A DNA stretch of 63,238 nt, counting the filler, from Octopus bimaculoides (Eukaryota), in the NCBI RefSeq assembly GCF_001194135.2. It is 6 parts of 5 records of this genome, joined end to end, with 100 filler letters (N's around TTAATTAATTAA, not from the genome) between each part and the next. Parts side by side here need not be neighbours in the genome. Positions count along the whole stretch, not along the records: positions 52,237 to 59,834 come from NC_068991.1; positions 59,935 to 61,682 come from NW_026302205.1; positions 61,783 to 63,238 come from NC_068984.1; 3 more parts are not named here. One strand, written 5' to 3'. The notes below the pieces were generated by a model that saw only the letters and a program-made list of their open reading frames with translations, was not told the DNA's origin and did not search any database. Each line of letters begins with the position of its first letter. Position 1 is the first letter of the stretch. A program made the translations under genes and the position numbers. Of the stretch, positions 52,137 through 63,238 are shown in pieces.

Positions 52137-52236
52137 NNNNNNNNNNNNNNNNNNNNNNNNNNNNNNNNNNNNNNNNNNNNTTAATTAATTAANNNNNNNN
52201 NNNNNNNNNNNNNNNNNNNNNNNNNNNNNNNNNNNN
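52137..52236. other. Artificial scaffold linker
   Basis: 44 N + TTAATTAATTAA (52181-52192) + 44 N. Confidence 0.95.
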
Positions 52237-52312
<76 letters not shown>

Positions 52313-53189
52313 GTGTTGTATATAAATTCAAATGCAAAATAGAAACTTTGCCAGTATAATAAACATTATTGACCACAGATAACTTAACGAATATGTTTTG
52401 TGCGTTTTCTAGTAGGCTGCGATTTGGCGTGGTGATAAACAGTACATGCGCATATAATGTGGATTAATTAATTCTTTAATTAATGCTCTACACCGCGTTT
52501 TTGGATAACTGAAAGGTAACAAACAATTTAATCCCAATGGAAACAAAATGGTTGCGCCACCGGCTTTATCTTTGTAGAAAAAACGAATCAATTTTATTAG
52601 CTTTTGGTTGTATCAAACTCTCATAAAAAATCTTTATGCCTTTGATGCTATTTTAACAGCACTATTTTATCTCCAAAATATAATTTGAAACTGTATGGCA
52701 GGTGATTTATAGAATTTTATTTTAATAGCTGTATCAGAAGAGGAAAGGCGGTGCTACTGACTATGCATTGAGCCTCTGAGACTAGTGGGGAGAATGGATG
52801 AAATTATCCTCAGACCGGACAACTGGACCAATTTCTAGCTATAAGATGGACTCCGCTAAAGGTACAGAAGGTTCAAGTAGTGGTGGCTATATTTAACCAG
52901 GTAATGGATTAAATCTATCGTCCAAGAACAAGAACAAGTCCTTCAAGGGTTGTTCTTGCTTCTATCAACGGAATTTCATTCACAAAGCTTTGATCAAACC
53001 AAAGCTATGTAAACTGTAGGATTAAAAAAAAAGGAAATCTCGAAGTTACGAATAGAATTTTTTAACTACGTAGCCATATTCGAACTCCAGATTAGCAGAT
53101 CGAAAATGAACAATTGTGTTGTGTTTATTCAGTCGGTGTGTTTGTTGCTAACTTTTTCATTCATAAATTCATGCTAGTGTCTGATATAA

Positions 53190-53402
53190 TATTGGTTTCA
53201 AATTTTGGCACAAGACCATGAACTTTGAAAAGCGGGGCAAGTCGATTACATCGACCCCAGTGCTCAACTGGCACTTACTTTATCGACCCCGCTAAAGGAT
53301 GAAAGGCAAAGTCAACCATGGCGGAATTTCAACTCAGTATATACAGACGAAATGCCGCTAAGCATTTTGTCCGGCATGCTGACGATTCTACCAGCTTGCC
53401 GC
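53190..53402 (-). mobile_element. SINE family A
   Basis: Reverse-complement match to other copies. Confidence 0.8.
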
Positions 53403-53929
53403 TTTTGTATCATATATGACATTAGCAAAGTCTAAACGTTATTTATATTAAGACAGTTTTCCAGTTATATTTTATTTTATATTTATATAAGGCCATTATC
53501 ATTATTATATTGGGTTGTCAAATTTGTTCGTGCTTTTGTTTTTCATTGATTTTAATTTATTCCGGTGTAATTTGAATTAGCACGAAAAATATTTTTGTCG
53601 TAGTGTTTTATTTATTTAGTTTTGTAGCTCTGTTCTTCTTCTGCAACATTTGTTTATCGCTTTTGAAATTTGAATACATTTTACCTCTTTTGAGGTATAT
53701 GATGTTGCAATGTTAAATAAAAACAAACCAGTTTATCTGACAACACCATATTTATATAATTTGTGTATGAGAGATCGGGAAAACTTTGTAAAGCGTCGCC
53801 CCGCAAAACTGCAAAGTATTGGGGTCCCATACTATACGGTTTCTACTGCCCATCATAAAACAAAACGTACTTTTATGTTCTGGCTATCGAATTCCACGGA
53901 TGCAGATTTATCAACTAATAATATAACAT

Positions 53930-54914
<985 letters not shown>

Positions 54915-55742
54915 CCATTTCTATACATGATCATACGTATAATACCACATAATACCAGAGTTGCCTCCCCTGCCTTTCTCAACCAGAGTTAATCTTTGAG
55001 CAAATAATTCTCTTTCTTTTTCCCATTACGGATTAGTTTGCGTAAGTTACCACCGACCTTACTATTTGATTTGTATGCAGAGCACTTCTCTGACATTCTG
55101 CATAGTCCTTATATTACATTACATTATATTATATTATATTATATTATACTATAATCACATACACAAATATATAATAGCATATAACCACGTATAAAAATGT
55201 CCTTAAAAGAGAAGACATACGTTTTCTATGCTTCCCCACCACTTCCATTTAGTAGAATCCATTAATTATTTTCATTTAGAGTGCTTCCATTTTAACATTG
55301 ACTCTCCAAGAACTCGAGACGCTTTATTCATTTATTTTGTTATTCGTTTACTCCGTTATTCTAATGTTCTCGTCTGTTCTGCTCGTTGATCAGTCAGTCT
55401 CCTTCAAATGATGGCTGAACGTAATTAGCTCGTAGCGGTTGTAAATTTTAATTCGTCAAAACATAATCAAGGTGACATTGGGAATTTGCTCAAGAACTTA
55501 CCGTTCTGTTTGCCTGTTTACTTGTCTACATGTCTGTCTGTCTTTGTTTTTTTTTTTTGTTTTTTGTTTTTTTGTTTGTCTGTCTGTATGTGCGCGTCTG
55601 TCTGTCTGTGTAATTTGATTTAAAATAATGAACCGCTCATCGTTATTGGGTAAGTCACCTGTCGGGGAACGCTGCAATTTCAACAACAGCAAGACAACAG
55701 CAAAAGCAGCAGCAACTGCAACAACAACAACTACAACAGCAA

Positions 55743-55764
<22 letters not shown>

Positions 55765-55776
<12 letters not shown>

Positions 55777-55985
55777 AAGCCTTTCTACTATAGGCACAAG
55801 ACCTGAAATTTGGGGGAGGCGGCTACTCGATTATATCGTCCTTCAGTACTCAACTGATACTCATTTCATCGATCTCGAAAGGATGAACGGCAAGGTCGAC
55901 CTCGATGGAATTTGAACTCAGAACGTAAGGACGCACGAAATGCTGCTAAGTATTTTGCTCGGCGTAATAACGATTCTCGCTGCCT

Positions 55986-55987
<2 letters not shown>
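55765..55987 (-). mobile_element. SINE family A, tail-B type
   Basis: Reverse-complement match; head abuts (AAG)n. Confidence 0.82.
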
Positions 55988-56016
<29 letters not shown>

Positions 56017-57145
56017 AAGAAGAAGAAGAAGAAGAAGAAGNNNNNNNNNNNNNNNNNNNNNNNNNNNNNNNNNNNNNNNNNNNNNNNNNNNNNNNNNNNN
56101 NNNNNNNNNNNNNNNNNNNNNNNNNNNNNNNNNNNNNNNNNNNNNNNNNNNNNNNNNNNNNNNNNNNNNNNNNNNNNNNNNNNNNNNNNNNNNNNNNNNN
56201 NNNNNNNNNNNNNNNNNNNNNNNNNNNNNNNNNNNNNNNNNNNNNNNNNNNNNNNNNNNNNNNNNNNNNNNNNNNNNNNNNNNNNNNNNNNNNNNNNNNN
56301 NNNNNNNNNNNNNNNNNNNNNNNNNNNNNNNNNNNNNNNNNNNNNNNNNNNNNNNNNNNNNNNNNNNNNNNNNNNNNNNNNNNNNNNNNNNNNNNNNNNN
56401 NNNNNNNNNNNNNNNNNNNNNNNNNNNNNNNNNNNNNNNNNNNNNNNNNNNNNNNNNNNNNNNNNNNNNNNNNNNNNNNNNNNNNNNNNNNNNNNNNNNN
56501 NNNNNNNNNNNNNNNNNNNNNNNNNNNNNNNNNNNNNNNNNNNNNNNNNNNNNNNNNNNNNNNNNNNNNNNNNNNNNNNNNNNNNNNNNNNNNNNNNATA
56601 TATATATATATATATAGGCCTGTTTGTAAAAAATTTCTAAAAAATTTTTTGCCGATGGGGATATGTTATCCAAGCGAGCACCAGCTTTGCGCTATTATCA
56701 GTTGATAGTACCGGTCATCCTTCGTGTTCTAATGTACTAATGTTTATGGTTGGTAAGTTTTTCCGTTCTTAGTATTTTCCACTTCTGAAAATCCAGTTGT
56801 CTCTGTAGAGACTTCATTCTTTTCGATACATGTAGAATATTCAGTTTTTTAATCATTGTGCGGTCATATCAAGTTCTCTTTTGCTTCAGTCAGTTCGAAT
56901 AATTCTCCATTCGAGAGAAAGTAAAAATAATTGCTACTAAAATACCCAGAAGAAGCCTTCGTTTATTCATTACATTATAACGCACTTTAAAGTGAACGCT
57001 GACAAATGGCTGAAACGTTACGTTGGCAAAAAAGAACTTAATATGGCTGTACAATGAGTGTGCAAAAAAGTGAATATTCTATGCGTATTCTCTATTTTCT
57101 TACACACACACACACACATTCTTAAACAAGGATGTTATTAATCGT

Positions 57146-57187
57146 GACTTTGAAGTTTCGGCTAGTTAAGCCATCGTCAGACTGCTG
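57146..57187 (-). ncRNA. Type I hammerhead-ribozyme candidate with intact catalytic core
   Basis: Minus strand CAGCAGU-CUGACGA-U-GGCU(UAACU)AGCC-GAAA-CU(UCAA)AG-UC; predicted cleavage after GUC at 57146; helix I weak (4 of 7 pairs). Confidence 0.55.
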
Positions 57188-57334
57188 TGCATCTTGGGTT
57201 TATATCGTCTTTGTTGAGTTAATATCCTCCCTTGAATGTTTGTGGGCGGGAGTGAAGTGGTAATTAGGTTTTAGGGTGAGTTGCTACAGAAACGTGCTTC
57301 GGAGAAATCTTTATTGATTAAACTTGGGGTAATT

Positions 57335-57640
57335 GTTTAGAATTTATTTTATATGATCAAAATATGATAGCTTTGTAGATTTGATTCTCGACAATAGGTG
57401 TCCCTGGACGTTCAGCTGTTCTGGTGTAGCAGCGTTCGTTACCGTCTTTCTAGCTTATTCTGCTCAATCTGCGAAAGATCCACATCTGAAAGTCTTCTAT
57501 CGTTTTCTCCATTGTTGTGTACATTGAACATGTTTCTGCATCGTAGAAGGCAACTAACACAACATAAGACTGTCACTTGCCTACATTGTTATATGTTTTG
57601 TGGAGAAAAAGACATGAACATTAGGCATTTTATTTAAATG
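57335..57640 (-). mobile_element. Old RTE-like LINE fragment (post-RT region)
   Basis: YDAETCSMYTTMEKTIEDFQMWIFRRLSRIS*KD, then after a frameshift VTNA..EQLNVQGHLLSRIKSTKLSYFDHI. Confidence 0.75.
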
Positions 57641-58839
57641 CCATCAATAAAAGTTAATTAATTAAACATATAGTATTTGAAATTGCTTATTAGTTCGGAT
57701 TAAATTTAAGGTAAAAATTATTTTTCGCTATATTGTGATCCTCTCGTACGTATTTTATTCAGTTACGTTTTTCTTGGACTTTTTCTCCATCGCTTCGTAA
57801 TTGCATCTATTCTTTTTGTTTCAATTTGAAATCTGGGATTTCAAAATAGTCATTGGCATTATATTTAAGGTTCTTGACCGCATTGAGTGCAATATTTATT
57901 GGCTAGTATTTTGTTTAACACTAAGGTCAGCCTTGGCGAAATAGACTTTTAATCAAATCCTCTCCCGTCATATCTGCCCCGTCCTCTTGTATATTTTATA
58001 TCTATGACTACATTATTCAATGTGTCCGCTTTTCAAAGTACTAAAGTGTCATTTGAGGTAAATTTTACTGATATTTCTAGCAAGCCGAAATGACTACGTT
58101 GAGGCTCTATCGTTGTTTCAATTTATTGTCTTTTGTTGTTGTTGGTTTGTTGTTTAACCCTATGTCTACTATGGTCGATCAGGTCTACTATGGTCGATCA
58201 GGTCTAAGATCACAGAATTCCAATCATGACATTTCCATTTTTAAGCATACCTAGAATTATTTGATGTCATTTCCGTTTTTAAAATTATAGTGTTTGGTTT
58301 GTGAGAGATTTAGCTACCATTTCTACCAAGCCAAATAACCGCATAGAGGCTTTATCATTGTTGTGTGCACAAAAAAGTTGGTGGTCATACCATCATTGAT
58401 AATTATATAGATATTGAATAAATAAATAATTGAAATCCCTCCTAAATACACCCTAAAGTTTCAACTATAAAATTTGAAACGATTTTACAACATAAATATT
58501 ATCCATTTTTCAGAATGTTGTCTTTTACAAATACTTAAAATTCCATGAGATTATACCGGAAAAATATTTAAGCACCAAAATACCAAAACATATTCCCAAT
58601 TAAAAGTGTCATCCATTTTCAAAGAATGCTTCTAAAGACACAATTAGAATTCCATCAAGGCACAATAAAAAAGACATCTCTCATCAGTCGAACTAATGGA
58701 TTCTTTTGAAAAATCCCATTTTACAATACAATCCCAGTTTTACAAAGAGTAATCACATTCCAAAAGATTATAGCACTATTCCATCACACAAGTGCACACA
58801 TAATCATATGCAGACACACTCATAATCATACGCGCCTGC

Positions 58840-58903
<64 letters not shown>

Positions 58904-59489
58904 AGCTTACAATAACTACATATAGAGTCTTGAGACCTCCGCTAATTGATTCTTCTATATTTTCCTTTTTTTTTTCTTTACCTTTTGCATTCTCACAACT
59001 CTTCATCTATTTAGTCGGTTCCATTTTTCAGCACTACTCTCCGACAAACAGTTCTGATCAAATAGTTAAGCTTTCTCTCTTCCTTGGGAAAAATCAATTT
59101 ATTTCATTTTTGAACGGTTGAAACTACGTAAGTAAATTGTTAAAATAAATTATAATCTGATGAACATCAACAATCTAATTAGAAATAGTCACGTGAAGAA
59201 AAACAACACTACTTCAATAATTATCGTTTTTTCAATCATTTCGGTAAGGAAGCAGAAAAACTCCGGACAGGTATTGGTCTTCTTAGACTTTTTTTTAGCG
59301 AAGTATAAGCGGTAACCGTACGTACTGAAATAGTGGTAAGAGAACTAGTAAATAGATGTACGATAATGCACAGAATAGGCGTAAAAATATTAGCATATTT
59401 TAAAGACATAAATCATCGAGATTAATTACTCAGAGATGCCATCTGCTTGAAAAACGACAATTAAGTTGGTTTTAACGTCTGTCCTCCTC

Positions 59490-59546
59490 CACTTTTTCTT
59501 CATCATCATCATCACCATCATCATCATTCTCCTCCTCCTCCTCCTT

Positions 59547-59580
<34 letters not shown>

Positions 59581-59728
59581 CCATCATCATCATTCTCCTC
59601 CTCCTCCTCCTTTTCATCATCATCATCATCTTCATCATCATCATCATTATCCTCACCATCCTCATCCTCATCCTCACCATCATCCTTATCATCATTATCA
59701 TCATTATCATCACCATCATCATCATTCT

Positions 59729-59759
<31 letters not shown>

Positions 59760-59834
59760 ATCATCATCATCACCATCCTTATCCTCATCCTCACCATCAT
59801 TCTTATCATCATTATCATCACCATCACCACCACC
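59490..59834 (+). repeat. (CAT)n/(CCT)n compound microsatellite with higher-order duplicated blocks
   Basis: catcaccatcatcatcattctcctcctcctc block occurs about three times. Confidence 0.9.
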
Positions 59835-59934
59835 NNNNNNNNNNNNNNNNNNNNNNNNNNNNNNNNNNNNNNNNNNNNTTAATTAATTAANNNNNNNNNN
59901 NNNNNNNNNNNNNNNNNNNNNNNNNNNNNNNNNN
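59835..59934. other. Artificial scaffold linker
   Basis: 44 N + TTAATTAATTAA (59879-59890) + 44 N. Confidence 0.95.
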
Positions 59935-60829
59935 TTATTTGTAAGTATAATGGTTTGTTTTGTCTTGATTTTCATGAAAGTGTTATCTAAGCAGACATCT
60001 ACACATTGCTCTGTTTGTGTGGGTAGTGAACTGAACTTACACCCTAGCCCTCAAACATTACAAACTAGAAGCAGTGATGCTGGCAACTGATATATTGGTA
60101 TGAATATGAATTGACATTTAGCTTTGATTTGGCTTTCTATCTACAATTTGAACTCAGCACTACATGCTGACAGTGTACAGTACATGTTAGGTGATTGTGT
60201 TATACTGAGCTATGGAATTTCTTTCCAGTTAAGAGACCAGTATAAGAATTAAGTGGTGTAAACCATGGATTCTGAACTATCAGCCGTTTTGATAGCAGAA
60301 TGTAAAAATATTGATAGAAGCTGTAGTTTGATTATACGACATAGAATATATACAGTATGAGTGATAGTAAAAATATGTTATTCAGAGTCGCTCTTAGATT
60401 TGAAGAGCTACATATGAAGATTTAAGTAAATATATTTATTCCTATATTAATCTGTTTCATGTGATCTTTCATAGAATTGAAAATAATGAGACATACACAT
60501 GTAACTGTAATGGAGATAAAACTACTTCAGTTTAACTAATGGAAAACATCAGCTGTAGACTTAGCCATTGTGGGATAGTGTAGAGCAAGGTTATATGTTG
60601 AGATAAACAAAACGTGAATACATTTAGCAGCATAATTAACCAGAAAATACCTAACAACAGGGATTTAAAACTGAGATGTTCTGTCAGTAATCAATACAAT
60701 AATTCCTCTGAACAGTGCTACAATAAAGCATTCTATGAATTTACTAGAATATTAAAATATATTCACTTCAGGATAACATAGTAAAACAGTGTAATTGTTG
60801 TAAATTTATTTCTTGCTGACTTTCATTAG

Positions 60830-60906
60830 ATTGTGAAGACTGCAATGAAGAGTATACTGGTGACTGTCCCAACCATGGCCCACTCCTTGTGATTTCAGAT
60901 AATAAG
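60830..60906 (+). CDS. Internal exon encoding a PR/SET-associated zinc knuckle (PRDM-family, PRDM7/9/11-like)
   Basis: tgctgactttcattAG acceptor; 77 nt, phase 1 to 0, reading xCEDCNEEYTGDCPNHGPLLVISDNK (C-x2-C-x7-C-x2-H-G-P); AAG/GTAAAC donor. Confidence 0.8.
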
Positions 60907-61039
60907 GTAAACATTCCTGACCATAATAAATATATATACTTTCATGATGGTTTGTTTAATAATATATTCCAATATAAGTTGAGGAAAAAAAGGTGTTTAG
61001 GTATTTCTATTTCATGATTGTTACAAACAAAACATAATC

Positions 61040-61260
61040 TAGCTTTGTTACTCGAGCGATTGAACAGATCTTTACAACTAAACTTATGTCTCTTTGAATG
61101 CTATAGTGTCTGTGTGGTAAAAAGTGTGTTTCCCAACCACATGGTTCCAGGTTCAGTCCCACTGCTTGGCACTTTGGGTAAGTTTTTTTGTTATAACTGT
61201 GGGCTGAAACAAAGTTTGTCAGTAGATTTGATAGACAGAAACTAGAAAAAGTCTGTTGTT
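61040..61260 (+). mobile_element. SINE family B 5' half
   Basis: Head match to other copies. Confidence 0.75.
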
Positions 61261-61682
61261 CATATGTGTAAATGTTGCTGTCACATTGCTTTGACATCAC
61301 ATAATAATTGTAGCCGGGTGTCACTGCAATGCAAGCAGTATCCTTTATTTCCACTCTTCCTTGAAAAACACGTCTGGTTATGGAGATGGGAAATATTACC
61401 TTACCTGAAAACAAGTAAGGGTTGGTGATAAGAAAGTTATTTACCCATAGAAAATTGCCTCTACAAATTTCATCTGACCCATGCAACATGGAAAAAGAAT
61501 GTTTAATGACGACGATGACGATGATAGATACTTCTTATATTAGTCTGGTAATATGAAGTTCCAACCATTTATAGCAAGACTTCAAAGAAAATGAAATATG
61601 ATGCCAGATATTGTTTTGGCTGATAAGAGATAATACATATAGTCCATCTATGTTAATTACTAACATAGAATTTATTAGAGTT

Positions 61683-61782
61683 NNNNNNNNNNNNNNNNNN
61701 NNNNNNNNNNNNNNNNNNNNNNNNNNTTAATTAATTAANNNNNNNNNNNNNNNNNNNNNNNNNNNNNNNNNNNNNNNNNNNN
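61683..61782. other. Artificial scaffold linker
   Basis: 44 N + TTAATTAATTAA (61727-61738) + 44 N. Confidence 0.95.
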
Positions 61783-61975
61783 CTTGACAACTGGTGCTGG
61801 TGTGTTTACATCCCCGTAACTTAGCGGTTCGGCAAAAGAGACCGATAGAACAAGTACTAGGCTTACAAAGAATAAGTCCTGGGGTCGATTTGCTCGACTA
61901 AAGGTGGTGCTCCAGCATGGCCGCAATCAAATGACTGAACCAAGTAAAAGAGTAAAAGAGTAAAGAGTAAAAAGT
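61783..61975 (+). mobile_element. SINE family B 3' half
   Basis: Body plus (AAAAGAGT)n tail. Confidence 0.85.
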
Positions 61976-62615
61976 ATATATATATATATATATGCCTATA
62001 TACATATATGCATACACACACACACACACACACTCACATATATACATACAGCCATACACATACACATCCTCGCACCCAAGTTAGAGAAAGGGAGGGAAGT
62101 AGGAAAAATATCCTTAACGACGCGATCGCCAAGTTCTCTTCATTACCACACAGCAATGCTGGCGCGCGTTGCATATCAAGTTTAACGTAATTTTTTAAAC
62201 ATAAGAAAAAGGCTACATTAAAGAAGCGGATACATAACGAAAAAAACTAAAAAGAAGTTTTCAAGATGGGTCCACACAAAAATGATTCATACTTATACCA
62301 AACGCTTTTGAAATATCAGATTTTTTTAACAACCCACCCGAATCGAGAAATAGATCCGAGCTCTTTAGAATAGGATAATAATTCCGTGATATCCAAGCTT
62401 AAGGTGAATACCAAATATGGAGCTAGAATATTCAGGTGATATATTCATGTGGGTTTAAAGGGCTGATGGGCGTGGGAGAAGGGCGTTATAGGGTAGCCAT
62501 CATTTGGAACATTTTATCTGTTTTGTTTGTCTCCTTTACAATGTGGCAACCAGGCATCTGGCCAGCTAAAACAAGCACGTATACGCATATACGCACACAC
62601 ACACACATATATATG

Positions 62616-62670
<55 letters not shown>

Positions 62671-62728
62671 NNNNNNNNNNNNNNNNNNNNNNNNNNNNNN
62701 NNNNNNNNNNNNNNNNNNNNNNNNNNNN

Positions 62729-62790
<62 letters not shown>

Positions 62791-63238
62791 CCTTTTAGAT
62801 ATAGATATATATATATATTAAAAAGATATTCAAGCATTAATTCAATGATCACCCTTAATTTCGGATATCATATGTATTTCTTTTATATATGTGTCCAGGA
62901 GAGTGCATGTATGTATGTATGTATGTATGTATGTATGTATGTATATATGTATGTATGTATGAATGTATGTATGTTATCAATCATTTTCATTTCTGTATTT
63001 CTTGTCCATAGAGAAAGAGCCGGACTCTAACATAGATTCAAGGCTCCTTCATTGGAACTTTTATCAACATCATCTAGGTATTTGTGCATATGTGTGTGTG
63101 TGTGTGTGTGTGTGCAGTATTTGGTGTTAGTGTATGCGCAGATTTGTATGTTTGTTTTATGGATGCGTTTTTATGTCTAGATGCATGCATATGTATTTAT
63201 GTGCTAAATTTTTGGAAAGTTTTACATATCTTTACAAT

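Noticed and set aside
59032-59133. Exon-like segment with cag acceptor and GTAAGT donor
   Set aside because: Stops in all three frames; could be a non-coding exon but is unsupported.
62090-62190. KFSSLPHSNAGARC as a PR/SET start (SSIPNAGLGV-like)
   Set aside because: Weak similarity, no acceptor, an in-frame stop soon after, and on a different scaffold piece.

Overview
Repeat-dense, AT-rich eukaryotic DNA. The SINE/LINE families and microsatellite load suggest a coleoid cephalopod (Octopus-like); this is inference from the repeat landscape. The window is not one contig: five identical 100-bp linkers (44 N + TTAATTAATTAA + 44 N) join six pieces, so order and orientation across them are unverified. 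Almost all ORFs in the supplied track are microsatellite or gap artefacts. Two host-gene exons are supportable: a first coding exon encoding a complete DCDC2-type doublecortin domain (46122-46411), and an exon missed by the ORF track that encodes a PRDM-type PR zinc knuckle (60830-60906). The rest is mobile DNA: three tRNA-like SINE families, R4/Dong and RTE LINE fragments, a Penelope GIY-YIG remnant, mariner/hAT/Tigger MITEs and a HINE-like element. The most interesting observation is a ~1.65-kb retro-insertion (14693-16429) that encodes only a gag/ORF1-like CCHC protein. It has a 12-bp target-site duplication inside the tRNA-like head of a SINE and shares its 3' tail with that SINE family, resembling a 'half-LINE'. 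Also notable are several minimal hammerhead-ribozyme-like motifs, one with an intact catalytic core (57146-57187, minus). Repeat boundaries are read by eye and are approximate unless TSD/TIR positions are given.
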